DNA from: Gnetum montanum
Lineage: Eukaryota > Plantae > Gnetophyta
Assembly: GCA_015680685.1 (NCBI GenBank)
Contig: MNCI01000164.1
Location: 23,665 to 87,664 of the forward strand
Direction: 5' to 3'
Length of the DNA stretch: 64,000 nt
Shown: piece by piece, positions 12,606-26,333 of the stretch
Numbering within the stretch: the first letter of the stretch is position 1
How the letters are laid out: every line of letters begins with the position of its first letter
The notes under the pieces: generated by a model
What the model saw: only the letters and a program-made list of their open reading frames with translations
Database searches by the model: none
Told to the model about the DNA's origin: nothing
Made by a program: the position numbers and the translations under genes

Positions 12606-15450
12606 ATGGCACCAAAGGAAAAACATATGCAAGAAGTAGGACCATCCAAACCAAGGAAGAAACAACCTAGAACAAGAAGAGACTAAGAACAGCCTTGAGA
12701 AGAACCACTTACAACCCATGCCATAGGTCCTGTTAGGGACAAGGCAAAGGTGGAATCTATCAAATAGATTCTAGAACCAGTAGTAGCAACAAAACATTCC
12801 CATTGAGATGATTCACCATCACAACTAACAAATCTCAAGATGACTTTAATAGAGGCTTGCCTGAATCAAATTAAGTCAAGAGAGGTCCAAAAATCAATGC
12901 TTCAGGAGCTAAACTTTGGCCCTTTCCTAAAACATGCACTGAGAGAAGTACAAGACCAACTAAAGACCTCTCCCATGTGTCCAATCATCACTTCCATTGA
13001 GGAGTAGTACATAGGAGAAATATTCCTATTTTGGAATAATAGGCAACCTAGAGCCATGGTGAAGAACAAGGAATCTTGGTGTTCTACATAGTGTAGGACA
13101 TTGCTACAATCCTTGGGTTACCCAAAACATGGGCAAACTTAACAAAAATTCCAATGTAGGTTGATTCGAGCATCAAAAAAGAATGGATGCAACAGTGTTA
13201 TGGTGTCAACTGCAAGGAGTATGGCATGCTCACACCAGAAAAGAGGATCTATTATAAGATTGCAGCCTCTCACCTCAATCCCACAGTGAGGCCAAGCAAA
13301 ATCACTACTTTCTCTACCTATGCATGTGCTACTCTGAATGGGAAATTCTTTATCAACCTTCTACAACTAATCTATCTTGAGATAGAGAAGCACTTTAAAG
13401 AAAATTAATGTGGAAGGAAGGCACTCCCCTTTCCATGCCTCATTAGGAAACTCTGTTGTAGGGGAGGAATAGTCTGTTACACCAATGATACTGTCAGAAC
13501 TATTTTGGCCACCAACTAGGTAGAAATGATGAAGGATAAAATGCCTACAACTACAATTCAAGAAGAGGAGTAGCAACCACCACCACCACCTACCACTCAG
13601 ACAACAATGCCAGACATCGTTGCAACTGCCCAATGATTGTGAGAGTATAGAGAATAGCTCTTGAGTGAACAAGAGCAAAGAGTAGACATGAGTGGTAGGG
13701 ACCCATTTGTATATAGACTAGCCATGAGTCACCTTAACGAGGTGGCTCACATAATCAGTTTAATGGGTGAGGGTGGACCCATTTTCTCAGCCCAAAGAAT
13801 GCAACTACCTACAAGGTCAAATTCAAGAGCCAAAGAGGTCATAGTATTTTTCACAGAACAATAGCCACTCCCAGAAACTTCTAGGATCATTACGACCTAC
13901 TTGGTGTGATTAGAGGAGGGTGAAGGGGCAACTGTTTTGGTGATTAGAGGAGGTAGGAAATAATAGTATAAGTGGTCACTAACAAGATTGCCAAAACACT
14001 CAACATACCTATGACATTTGCACCAAACATCACTACACTTAAAGATGTGTAGACATCTGTAGGAACTATAAGTGGTGGAATAAGCATAGCATAGCATGAA
14101 GAGTCGTTAGACCAACTGGTGGGAACCGGGCAACTACTTCTAGATGTCTTTAACCTTCTGAACAACATCGCTATGATCCTGTTAGAGCTGTTAGAGGCAA
14201 GGGGCAAAAACATCATATTAGAGAAGCAACTCAAAATAGCCAAAGAGCAGAATGAATGCTTGGCTACGAAGGTTTCCAAACTAAGAGTCCAACTTGCCAA
14301 CCCTATGTTTCTCAACCTAGCACTCATAAGAGATAAAGCTATGCAACAACTTTAGTCTAGGCTGAAAGGGGTTGAGAATACAATGGAGATGATGGTGTTC
14401 AATAGGTCCTTGATGAAAGCCATGTAGCATAAGATTTAGAAGGCCTTATATCGGACCCGTCAGGAGAATGTGCAATTGACCATAGAAATCATCACCTGCG
14501 AAATGTTGATATGCATAAGCAATAACTGGAATATTTCATCAATCAATAGTAGGAGAAACTAGCTAGAGAAAACACCAAATTGAGAAGAATGGTAGTAGAG
14601 AACAAGAATCTCTCCATGGAGGAGCTGCGTGCCCTTCGCCAAAAAACTACAATTGCAGTGATGGGCTAGAAATCTAAAGCTCTTAAGTTTGAGAAAGTCA
14701 ACGATCATTATAGAGAGTAGGTCAACCTACAAAAGGAAATAAACAAAAAACATATCCAATTAGTGAAGGCAAATGTAAATGAAGCCCTCTAACAACTCCA
14801 ACAAGGTAGAGAAGTTTGGCAACCCCTCGTTGATGGGATCAATGCCCACAACAAAGCGAAAATCTGCACAAAGGAGTTGCAGATCGAGGAGATGACAAAG
14901 TACATGGAGCTGGCCAATCTTCATTATGCAAATCTAGCCATGTTGACTAATGGACATCCATCGTCAAAGTTGGAGAAGTAGGTGGCCAACTTGTACTTGT
15001 TGTACAAGGTCGAGTTCAAGAATCACAAGAACACCAAGGACAATCTTGTAATGGCTAATGCTAAACTTGAAGTTCTTAAGGCATGTTTCGCAAATCAAAG
15101 ATCAACTATCGAGAACTTGGCCAAAAAGGTGAATGACTACCAAGAGCTACAAAATGCAATAAGGGCATTTGAAATTGAATGCAAACAATTCACTACCTAG
15201 TTTGTCAATGCAAAGGAGATGTTCCCAATCATGCCTTCTCTATGGGATATCCCCATTCTAGCCCACATTGGTGATACTATGTGGACTATGCATGATCCCT
15301 GGAGTAAGGAGGAGTAGATGAAGGCATTGCTTAATGCCTTTTTCCTTCCACCAGAGGTTGCAATCATAGTGGGATAGCCACAATTGTTTCAACCACCGCA
15401 CATGCTCGAAGCTAATGAAGGTCCTTTAGAGCCTCAAGAGCCACACCATT
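12606..15450 (+). pseudogene. Degenerate 3' extra ORF (env-like/eORF) of the Athila-like element
   Basis: Starts MAPKEKHMQEVGPSKPRKKQ. Region ~13000-13410 (DIATILGLP...LTPEKRIYYKIAASHLNPTVRPSKIT...FINLLQLIYLEI) resembles the 'putative plant transposon protein' domain. Coiled-coil-like segments at 14100-15200. Many stops. Confidence 0.7.
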
Positions 15451-15707
15451 GCTTGGAACTATCTTATCTTCATCACAGTCTTTACATTGTCAAAGGATGT
15501 GTTCTCTAAATTTTTGAAATCATGTCTTGGTATTCAATTTTGTATCATGAACACCATAATTGTTTGTAATTTGTCAATTCCTACACTTGGGCACTTATCT
15601 TTGTCAAGTCAGTCTATTTTGTTTTAGTAAGAGTTAGTCAATAATCCCATACCTTTCCAATTTTATAAAAGAACTCAAGGACAAGTTTTCATTTAGTCAT
15701 GGGGGTA

Positions 15708-16604
15708 TGATAAACATCAAAGAATCATGTCAATGAGCCCCTATTAATGTGGCCTTGTCGACAAGCCCCCGTTGATGAGGCCTCATTTATATGGTGTGCC
15801 TCGTCGATGCAGCCCTAGGGCAAAAACTTTAAATATAAGCTTACCATCCACATTTAGGATAGAATTCCTATCATTGTAGTAGAGCTCTTGTAGTTTGTTT
15901 ATTTTAGAGTTAAAATATTTCTCTAAGTGCCCATAGTAGAAGTCAGAAAGTATACAGATATTTATTCAAGCATTGTTGTACCTAAACACACCAGTGTGAA
16001 TGGCAATAAAGATGAGCTTCTTGATCAAACATTGCAACACTTGGATTCAATTAATGATTTATATATGCGTTCATTATTTTCATTAACTAAGCTAAATTAG
16101 GCTTTGAGTGATTGATCCATTAATTAAGCTAAATAGATTAAGCACATAAGTATGACCACTTTAAGCATAAACACATATATGCTTGGTAACCCCAACAACG
16201 TTATTTCTTGGTCCACCTAGTAGCATAGCACTTGGTAATCCCAACAATGAGTACATGGGTTTAGGATGTGTACAGCAAGTGGGACCAAATGCCTATGTTA
16301 AGACTAGTTAGACATTAGTTAATTAATTAGATCTCAATAGTATTAAATCATCTTATCTTTATATTTCAGCACCACAAACCCTAAAAACATAAAACCATCA
16401 AAATCATATACCTTGATTACACTTAACCATACCATGTACATCACAAGTGTAATTGGGAAGACAACGAATGACCTTAAGGCAAGGTTCACTACCTAGACGA
16501 CTAGTGTACTTGAGAACATAGAGTCCTTGGAATTCGACTAAATCGCAAGTAAATGCTTCGTGATTCATATGGTTGAGTGTAGGAGTACCTTCGCCGCTTC
16601 ATCA
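15708..16604 (+). repeat. 3' LTR (~897 bp)
   Basis: TGATAAAC...CTTCATCA, preceded by a G-rich PPT (15700-15707), with a 14-bp repeat array in U3. Confidence 0.9.
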
Positions 16605-19600
16605 AATAGTATATTTGCAGTATGGGTCCCATCTTCAAGTCTTATTCTAGGAAGGTACAAGATGAATTTCCTCTACTATAAATCTATTTTAACCCTTCTT
16701 GTATGTGTTGCATGTAGATTTAGTATGAAGCTTTAAAGATGGAAAAGGAGGATCTAGATAAATAATGATGTAGATTATTTCTTATTATATTTTATCTTAT
16801 GTTTTGTTTCATTCAATAGATTTATTTTTTTCTCAAAAAATATGAAAATTTCATTAAACTCTACTGTTATGTTATAATGACACCCAAGTGAATTTAAATA
16901 GGTTGATGTGGATTTTCATGTGGTTTCTAAGTTATTAAGTTTCAAGGATGATTTATATGCTTACATGACCTTTTATGTGTTAAATTTGCTTAAGGATTTA
17001 TCAAGTGGTTGAGTTTTATTTATCATGATCCATGGATGGTTAATTTTAGTCAATTTTCTAAGTATACTTTTTCGAGTGTGATAAACTATCTCATCTATTA
17101 ATCAATCTACATAACCATCTTTTAGATTATTTGATAATAATACAACCATGAAGTAAACATTAGTGAGTACTAGGCAAGCTTCATTAATTGGAATCTAATA
17201 AACAAGGACTTGTAAAGATATCTTCAAATTTCATAAGATCACAATGACATATACACACCTATATAACATGCTACTTAAGAAGGAACACATAACCCCTAAA
17301 GAAATTTCAAAATAAACTTGTGTCTAATTTAGGTGATTATGAAGCATCACCAAGGATTGTACATAGCAAACGTAATATGATTTGTTGATTCTTAAGTGGT
17401 ATAATCCAAATAAGTTTTCCTATTATCATGAGACCACTATGAATGAAAATGATAACTATAATGTATTCAAGAATGACATATAACCTCTTGTGAAAAATAG
17501 TGATATCATCTTTAATACATTAGGTCAACCAAGTAATGAGGAGATGCAAATATTACTAAATAATTTGAATGCTAATGCCAAAAGAATATTTTCATTTCAC
17601 CTCAGACTAATAGATAATTCTCTAAGATCTTCATTATAATTCTCTAAGAGCTTCTTTTATCATCCACTTAGGTTCCCCTTAAACTAATTAACATGTTACA
17701 CCATTGCTAATTTCCTTCCATAGTAGATCTAAAAGATAATTTTTCATTAATCTTCTTTCTAATGGTTACTCCCATGCTTTTAATTCCTAAAATGTCTAGA
17801 AAGGTAGTGTGCTCAAAGCCTCATTCATAATTAACTTGGTGTAGTACTATGATACTTCCTCTACACACCAAAATTCATGAGTCCTTAACCCATCATCTTT
17901 ACCAAAGTACAACTTGCTTCTTGTAATTATTGTCCATGCTAATTTAGAAATCCCTATCATTTCCAATGTATATTTTCTTGATAAGGGTGTCCTAGGATCT
18001 TAATCCATTATCCAAGTCCAAACATTCATAAAAGATCAAAATGAGACTTTTTCTAGAAATTCTTGTTCTTTTAACATATTAAATTTATGGATCTAGGTTT
18101 TGAAAAACTTGATATAGTAGAATTCATTAATAAATGCTCCATGTGTTTGCAAGCTAAAAAGATCATTGTTAAGATGCAATTAGCATAAATGGTATATTTG
18201 TTTATGTTTCATTTTCTCTAATGGTAATCTTTGTCTTATTTGATGTTACATGACTTGAGTTCATGTTTTACATCTATTAGTTTTTATTTATCATACTATC
18301 TTTTTTTATTTAATTTTTAAGTATTAATTTTATTTAGTACCCCTTGTGCATTTTCTAACACTCTTTTATCCTTAATTACATTGTTATTATGCTTGGAAAA
18401 AGTTAAAATAATAATAACAGTAAAAAATAAGAAAATTTATCTAATAGATAAATCAAAACTAAATGATGAAAAGCAAAACAAAAATATTTCCATTTTCTCA
18501 TAAATTTGACTTTCCAATATTGTCTAGTTTTACATAGTCTAAAATTGCCTTTATAAGGTAACATGACAGAAATGGATCAAAATTGAGTAAATGTTTTGGG
18601 GCAATCCTTTTTCTCTACTCCTACCACATCACTTACTCCCTTACGTGATTTTAGGATCCTTGCCACCTGATGTTCCTTGTTATACAATGACTGCAAACGT
18701 CTAGATCATAATGGCATTAGTCATGCATTAAAAAAATGTTGAAACAAGACATGTAAATAGAGGCATATCATACACATATACTAATGATAGGCCAATGCAT
18801 ATCCTTTTTATTTACCTTATCCATAAACTCAGATTCTTTGAATTATTTATTTGCTTCTATCTAGACTTTTTATTTCTTTGCTTTAGCAAGCTTGAATTTA
18901 TCTACTAAACACCTTTCAATTTGTTCAAAAATTAAAAGGATGAGGTCTAAATTTCTCAGGTTAATGCTAGGAATTTCTAGAATCACAAAGGTTTTTCCTT
19001 CTTTCTAGGTGAAATAGGCTCACCTATCATTTCTTGCTACACTTTGATAGAGTCCTAACAAATCTTGTATGTCTTCTTAGCTCTATCTTTCGAATGAATA
19101 AGTTTTTAAAATTTTTTTTTCTTATTTTAACTCATGCTATGATTTGCAGTGCTTTTTACCTTCATTTTTATAATTCATTTTGCCTTGATAATTTTTGGCA
19201 CCCTAATGTTTCCATACATCACAAGTATTTTTAGTTTCTTGTTAACTCTTTTCATAGCTGTTAATATCCATTTCTATTACAAATGAATTATGCTTAAGTC
19301 TATACTTATATGTAACATCTCCATATTTATAACAAAGGATCTTTGCTTTATTAAATATTATTTCTACTTATCTTTGAAGCATAAGGTTGTATTTTAATTG
19401 TAACATGTCTACATTATGAGGTATTCTAGTGTACACTTATACAACTTCTTTTTACAATTATTGAGATTCGAACCTTTAACTTCTTGTTTACATGTGATAC
19501 ATTGGTACTTTATATTAATCTTTCATTAATTCTTTTATTATTTTCACTCTTGGATTATTATTTTGTTATGATACTAACCCTTGCTAGTTTTCAATGGACA

Positions 19601-21049
19601 AGTTGCAAGGATGATGATGGCCCATTTTTGGTATTTTATTTATATTTATATTTTTTATTTTATGGTTTTTTAAATAAATTAAAGATATAGTAATGAGACA
19701 TCTTAAATATTTGGGATTTATTCTAGTAATTCTTTTACATTGTCTCAGACTTCATTCTTTGGCATGCTCACTTATTCTAATATTTTCTTGGTGACTTGAA
19801 CTTTTTGATGGACTATTGAACACTTTTGGTAGATACATGTTATTTGACTTTCAAAAAAAAAAAATTAAAAATCCTCCTTTATTATTTTGAAGAAAAAATT
19901 CCTCATAAATGAACTTATTCAAAGAAATCAAAGAAATCCACTTTTGTCCTTGATTATATGCTACAAAAAATTATGTTTGGCTGAACATAATTCCCTTCAT
20001 TTGTTGGAAATGCTTTTTTAATAGAAGCTTAAAATGGTGAACTTCCAGCCATTACATACAAAGAGAAGGATAGAAGGTTATGGGACAAGACTTTAACATC
20101 TTTGTTTTTAGAGGTTTGACTTAACAAGAAAGGAAAGCCCAACGTTGTCAGCAACAATTTATTTTCTATAGTCATTCAAAATTATTCCAATAAGCACCAA
20201 AGTTCAATGTTGTGAGTTTTGGTAAAAATGATAAAGAATACATCAAAATCTAACAAATTGAAAGGTAAAACAAAACTGAATAATCCATTGTCGGTTCACT
20301 AGGCCAAAACATTTCCATTAGTTGATAGAAGCAAACACATCCAAACTCTAAGATTAGGGCATAGAGTTTAATGTGCAAATATATGCAATACCTAGTAAGG
20401 CATTAGGCAAAGCATCTGTTAGAGTCCAAATTGATTAATAACAATGGAAGCTATGCAAGTGAAAACATTATGGAGATGAACAACATTCAATAATCCAACA
20501 AACAAAATTGAATCACACAAAGGGAACATTAGAAGCCAAATAGTATTCCACCAAAAGAGAATCAAAACTTTAATGAAACAGATAAGAGAAATGCACTAAA
20601 GAAGGGAAAGTACAAGTTGATAGAGACCAACAATGTGAAATTGCACTAAGATTAATTGTCATTAAATTTAACCACAACGAACAACAAAGTTAACTAACAA
20701 AATCACGATACACTGAATTGGATTGCAACAAAATAAAGCATTCCAATAATAGTCTAAAAATATATATATAGATCAATGGAGGAACTTAATTTACCATATC
20801 CATCAATATGGCTCTAAGATGTAGCTTGTGGATTCATTTCTATGTTGCAATAAGTAAACTAGAAAGCTCTATCGAAGGCAAGATGAGAAATAGTGACGAT
20901 GATGGAAAATTAAAAATGCTTGTCCTACACTCAATATCTTCCTGCTTTTTTTTTTTGGTTGGGGGTGGGGTGGGGGCTAGGGTGTTAAACCATAAAACCA
21001 AAGCCTTAATAGAGCCCAAAGTTATAGAGTGACCTCCTTGTCACTTGCA

Positions 21050-22070
21050 ACCAAACAAAAGCTTATTGCACCTCATAGGACAAAAGCCAAAAAAACCAAA
21101 ACAAGCTACCTAGAAAACACTCCTTAAGAGAACTTAATATTATTGTCAAAGCCTAGTTCTTGACATTGAAGTTGAATAATGCTAGTGTTTTGATACCAAC
21201 CATCCAAATGAAATTTCCAAATGAAGAAAATAATCTCAAAAAGGAGAATCTTTCAAGCCTTTCGAAGGTGCCACTTAACATAGTCACCATTGAAGATACA
21301 TAAAGGGAAACCAAAAGACTGATTAGGAATACAAATCTAAAGAGATTGACACCACTTCCAAATTTTTCAAGAAAAAGAGTATTCCCAATAAACATGCACA
21401 AAAGAGTGTTCGACTTGACAAATGGTGCATTTAGGGTAATCAACTCCTAAGAAGTGAAGCCCATGTCCAATGGGAAGACCTTGATGAATCAAGGACCAAA
21501 AGAAGAAACGATGCTTAGGTTAGGTTTTGGAAATCTAGACACGATGAAAAATAGCTTACCAATGGTATTCATGAAGTTGCACATTCCATCTTCTATTGAA
21601 AGTCAAAAATTGAAATTCTTGCAAATGAAACCAAGTTTTGGCTTTAGAAAGATGAAGGGAATGCAAAGGGGAACCATTAGGCCAAAACTAGTTATCATAC
21701 CAAGTAGTATCATTGTGCAACTTAGGAACTCTAAAGTTGGAGAGAACATGCTTAATGTGCTGATAAATAGGAGTATCTTGTTATTGAAACCCCATTTAAC
21801 TCTAGCGTATTGCTAAGAGAGGGCAATAAAATCATTTCTAATAGAAAATAGTTGGCCAAGATGATGGAGATTGTGATTAACAAAATGACTGGCTTAGTGA
21901 AAAAATTCTTCATATAAATAGCGTAGATTCTTTTTGAAAGTAGGTAACCATAAAATGGATGCATCGACAAAAAGTTCAAGCTTCACTAGGTAGTTTCCAT
22001 TGCAAAAAACCTTTAATTGGACATCAACCACGCTAAACTTACTTGAAAAGGAACAAGAGTGAATTCTATA
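21050..22070 (-). mobile_element. Degenerate L1 LINE 3' fragment (zf-RVT region)
   Basis: Minus-strand translation DYPKCTICQVEHSFVHVYWEYSFS*KIWKW...IIFFIWKF matches the L1 ORF2 C-terminal zinc-finger pattern. Confidence 0.6.
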
Positions 22071-22645
22071 GATTAGAAATCATTGAATCTACGAATGATA
22101 TTGATTTAATTTGTATAATTTGGTAGATTTCTTTTTACTATATAATATTGGATTCCGCAAATCATTCAATCTATGGATAATATTGATTTGAGAATGTATG
22201 AAATCTAGACATGTTCACAATACAATGCAATCAAACTGGTAAAACATCGAATCCTTAGGTTTCATGTACAAGGTTAGCGCCTATCATACCTTATTTCTTG
22301 CATTAAATTAAGGCAGTCATCATAGGCTCATTTTATGAGAAAAAACATTTTTAGGTAGACATGGAGTAATTTTAATTAATCAAATTCACTAACTCAGCAA
22401 ATTTTGATTTAATGCTACTTTTATTATGGTTGAGAGGCCAACTTGTCTCGTAGGATAGGGGGGAGGGGGGAGTGCATTTATCGCCCTCCACATCATGCAC
22501 CATGTGAGATCCCATGAAATGGGAAAAAACATGAATCGAAGAGCCATACCTTTTTGTATTCCCATTGCATAGAATGTTAACCAAAAAGCCATAGATTTTC
22601 ATATTCCCGCTGCACACATAAAAAGGTCAAATGCAACCAAATGTA

Positions 22646-22685
22646 GAATGGGAATGGGAATGGGAATGGGAATGGGAATGAGAAT
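22646..22685. repeat. (GAATGG)n microsatellite
   Basis: About 6 copies read directly. Confidence 0.9.
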
Positions 22686-24429
22686 TCCATTTCCATTCTA
22701 TCTTCGTCTTCTTCTACAACTACTACTATAGGCCACCTAGCCCAACCAGACTAGCTTTGATGATGCCGGCTTCGAAGCTCTGCCAGAGCACTAGAAAGGC
22801 ACCTACAATGGTGGCCCATGCTTCAGCTGCAATAACAAGTTCATCAGCATGCGCTTCTTCAACCAAGGTAGCAATAAGATAGTAGGCCAGTCGGCCCTTG
22901 CTGTATCCTTGCTTAACACCGAGGGTCATGACATGCACACATCATCAACAATCATAATACAATTTTTGTTATACTAGCTAAAATATCCTTTCATTTAGGT
23001 TTCTTTTTTTTTGGATAAAATTTATATATGAATTAGGCCAATATGTTTCTTGAGTAGCTTTGTTTAAATGTATGTTTTAAGCATAAAATTTTACAGATAG
23101 GGGCAGGATAAGGGGTAGAGCCAGAGGCATTCGAGGAAAGACAATAATGGCTACAGTTGAAGCTACAGCATGAGGAGAAGGGTCTTTTGAAGTTTTTGTG
23201 TCAATAATAGCCTTTGGTTATTGGAATCTCTTTCTAGAAACAAACTTTCTACTGGTCTTTTTATGTGTGTTTTTGTTAATTTTTTATAGTGAATTGCAAC
23301 TTGTTGAACATTTCATTTTGATGATTTTGTGCAATTTTCATAGTTTCACTTCAAGCTAAGCTCTTCTATCATCAGTACTTAGCATGCCTTCCTATACATT
23401 TACATTCCCAATGGAAAAACATTCCAAAGTTTGGTTTTGTTCTTTTTTCAATGCTTTTTGAAGTGGCAAGGAATTCTGAAATTGTAATTTTCTGCTACTA
23501 TCTTGAGTAATCTTCTTTTTCTACACCCTTTTTCAATGTAAAGGAACATTTGTAAGTTCATTTTCTCTTTATCTCATTGTATATTTTGTGTAGGTTTTAT
23601 CATTTCTATGGTTGTGCTTTGAAATTCAGTAGTTACCATGGAGTAGATGCATTCAGTTGTTTTGATTGTGACTACTTTTTTGTTTGCAATATGCATTTTA
23701 ATAAAATGCAAAAGCATTAGCATTTTTTCTAGCACATGAAAATTATTAGCCAATTTGAGATGTCAACCTAACTGCAATCATAATTTTAACAATTTTTCCT
23801 ACTTATTGGGAGGACTTAAAGAGTTCAAATTTGATAATTTCTTCTTACCTTCTCACATGTAGTGAGGCTTTTTCTTTATGTACATATTCTTTGATTGATA
23901 AAATCTAATGGATGATATGATTGTTAACCTAGTAAATTTTAAAAATGAGAACTTCTACACCTTTGGCAACCTAGACCCTGGGAAGCTCTCCGGCAAGATC
24001 ATGCTATGATGATCCTAGCTAATGCCAAGGAAAATGGCGACGAGCTCTTTGCCGACGCACATGTCTTGCCATAATCATAAATAACCAATTATTTATAAAT
24101 CTTCCCTAGCCAAAGAGTCACTGTAGGGGAGCCAATGATTATATTTATCTTGGTTATTCATAATCTNNNNNNNNNNNNNNNNNNNNNNNNNNNNNNNNNN
24201 NNNNNNNAATATAATAATTATGAATGAGGTGTTAGCATCATTCATATCTTGTCCATTGTAACAATAATGTTAATATACAAAAGCCCGTGATATAATAATA
24301 ACATTATTTATGCATTTGTAACGTGATTTTTTATATCTCGACAAACGAATATGCATTACAAATATATTTTGCTATGCCAATTTAGTTTGATTTCTTCATA
24401 TTCCCTCACCCACATGTGTCACACGCATG

Positions 24430-24640
24430 AGAGCTAAAGAATCAGTGCAAGGGAGTTGAATCTCTACTTGATTAATGCCCCCTAACCCCTGAGCTTCCCA
24501 TTCTTCTCTTTGTATTCTCTCACATGCATGCACCACATGCAACTGAGCCAAAGAGTCTCTACAGGGGAGCCAAATATCTATTCAATTGATGCCCCCAACC
24601 CTTAGGCTCCCCATTCATCTCTTTGTATTCCCTAACGTGT
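24430..24640. repeat. ~115-bp direct repeat (2 copies; partial third near 24105)
   Basis: GAGCYAAAGARTC...GGGAG...ATGCCCCC...CCCATTC.TCTCTTTGTATTC occurs twice. Confidence 0.7.
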
Positions 24641-25046
24641 AGGGCTCGACTTGGGTAATAGTGAATATTTATTATTATAAACAATGGATAATATTGAATA
24701 TTTATTATTATTATAAATGGTGATGGTTACAATTACAGTAATAATGAATATTTATTATTATTATAAAAGATGATGATTATGGTTATAGTGACGATTACGA
24801 TCATGGTAATGGTTAAGGTGATGACGGTTACGGTGTGATGTAGTATTTAAAGATATTGAACTTAAGCATCGTGTTACAAAATTAAGAGGTGCAATATTGG
24901 AATTCATGCATTTTTAGAAACATAGATTCTACTACTATTAGTCCCAATAAAGAAGGTGAAGAACACTTTCTTCAAGATCAGTAACAACAACCATCTACTG
25001 CAACAAGTAGTGCAACAACTATCTACTACAACAAGTAATGCAATCT

Positions 25047-25500
25047 CTACTTATATGTGGAGGTGCAAGGGTAATGCTTACAGTTAACGTTTGGCCTAAA
25101 GCAGGATTGGTGAATGGTGCACTTGGCATGATTCACAGTATTATGTATCCTTAAGGTAAATAGCCACCTACATTACCATTATACGTTATTGTTGATTTTG
25201 ACTCCTACATTGGATGTGCCTTTGATAATGGTAATCCTCATCATGTGCCAATTGTACCTGTGGTCCAAGGAGCATCTTATCAGTCACCATTACAATTGAC
25301 ATGGGCCATGACTATTCATAAATCTCAAGGAATGACACTGGATAAGGCTACTATTCACATTGATTTAAGAGCATTTATGGGTCTAATATTTGTTGCATTT
25401 CCTGGAGTCAAGACCATTGATTCTTTAAAAATCATCCTCCTTTTCATGTACAAAGATACAGAAAGATTTCAAATGTTAAACATCTACAAAGTAGAATTAC
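25047..25500 (+). pseudogene. PIF1-family helicase C-terminal fragment, likely a Helitron-type element remnant
   Basis: GARVMLTVNVWPKAGLVNGALG...VIVDFDSYIG...VPIVPV...PLQLTWAMTIHKSQGMTLDKATI...GLIFVA, with in-frame stops. Confidence 0.85.
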
Positions 25501-26333
25501 ACAAGAAGTTTTTTTTGTTCAGTTGGATAATTAGGCATATTGAGTTCACACTTATTATAGTATTTTGCATTTTACTCAATCCTATTATATAGCTCTGTAA
25601 TGTTTGTTACAATAATTTTTCAATGTATTCCTTCATCAACATATACAAAATATATAAACTTTTATTTTCACCAATTTATGTTTACCGATATATATTATTT
25701 GGAATGCAAATAGTGATGATAACTTAAAAAATAAAAAAAAATAATTAAATTCTACTCATAGCCTACGAAACCNNNNNNNNNNNNNNNNNNNNNNNNNNNN
25801 NNNNNNNNNNNNNNNNNNNNNNNNNNNNNNNNNNNNNNNNNNNNNNNNNNNNNNNNNNNNNNNNNNNNNNNNNNNNNNNNNNNNNNNNNNNNNNNNNNNN
25901 NNNNNNNNNNNNNNNNNNNNNNNNNNNNNNNNNNNNNNNNNNNNNNNNNNNNNNNNNNNNNNNNNNNNNNNNNNNNNNNNNNNNNNNNNNNNNNNNNNNN
26001 NNNNNNNNNNNNNNNNNNNNNNNNNNNNNNNNNNNNNNNNNNNNNNNNNNNNNNNNNNNNNNNNNNNNNNNNNNNNNNNNNNNNNNNNNNNNNNNNNNNN
26101 NNNNNNNNNNNNNNNNNNNNNNNNNNNNNNNNNNNNNNNNNNNNNNNNNNNNNNNNNNNNNNNNNNNNNNNNNNNNNNNNNNNNNNNNNNNNNNNNNNNN
26201 NNNNNNNNNNNNNNNNNNNNNNNNNNNNNNNNNNNNNNNNNNNNNNNNNNNNNNNNNNNNNNNNNNNNNNNNNNNNNNNNNNNNNNNNNNNNNNNNNNNN
26301 NNNNNNNNNNNNNNNNNNNNNNNNNNNNNNNCC

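Larger units (their letters stand above)
1..16604 (+). mobile_element. Ty3/gypsy LTR retrotransposon, Athila-like, old and degenerate, with two nested solo LTRs
   Basis: The 5' LTR end (1-191) aligns to the 3' LTR end (16414-16604), with about 33 mismatches in 191 bp by hand count, mostly transitions. PBS follows the 5' LTR. Domain order is gag-PR-RT-RH-INT, then an extra 3' ORF and a G-rich PPT before the 3' LTR. Confidence 0.88.

Noticed and set aside
16605-20800. Probable highly decayed TE fragments
   Set aside because: No motif could be assigned with confidence.
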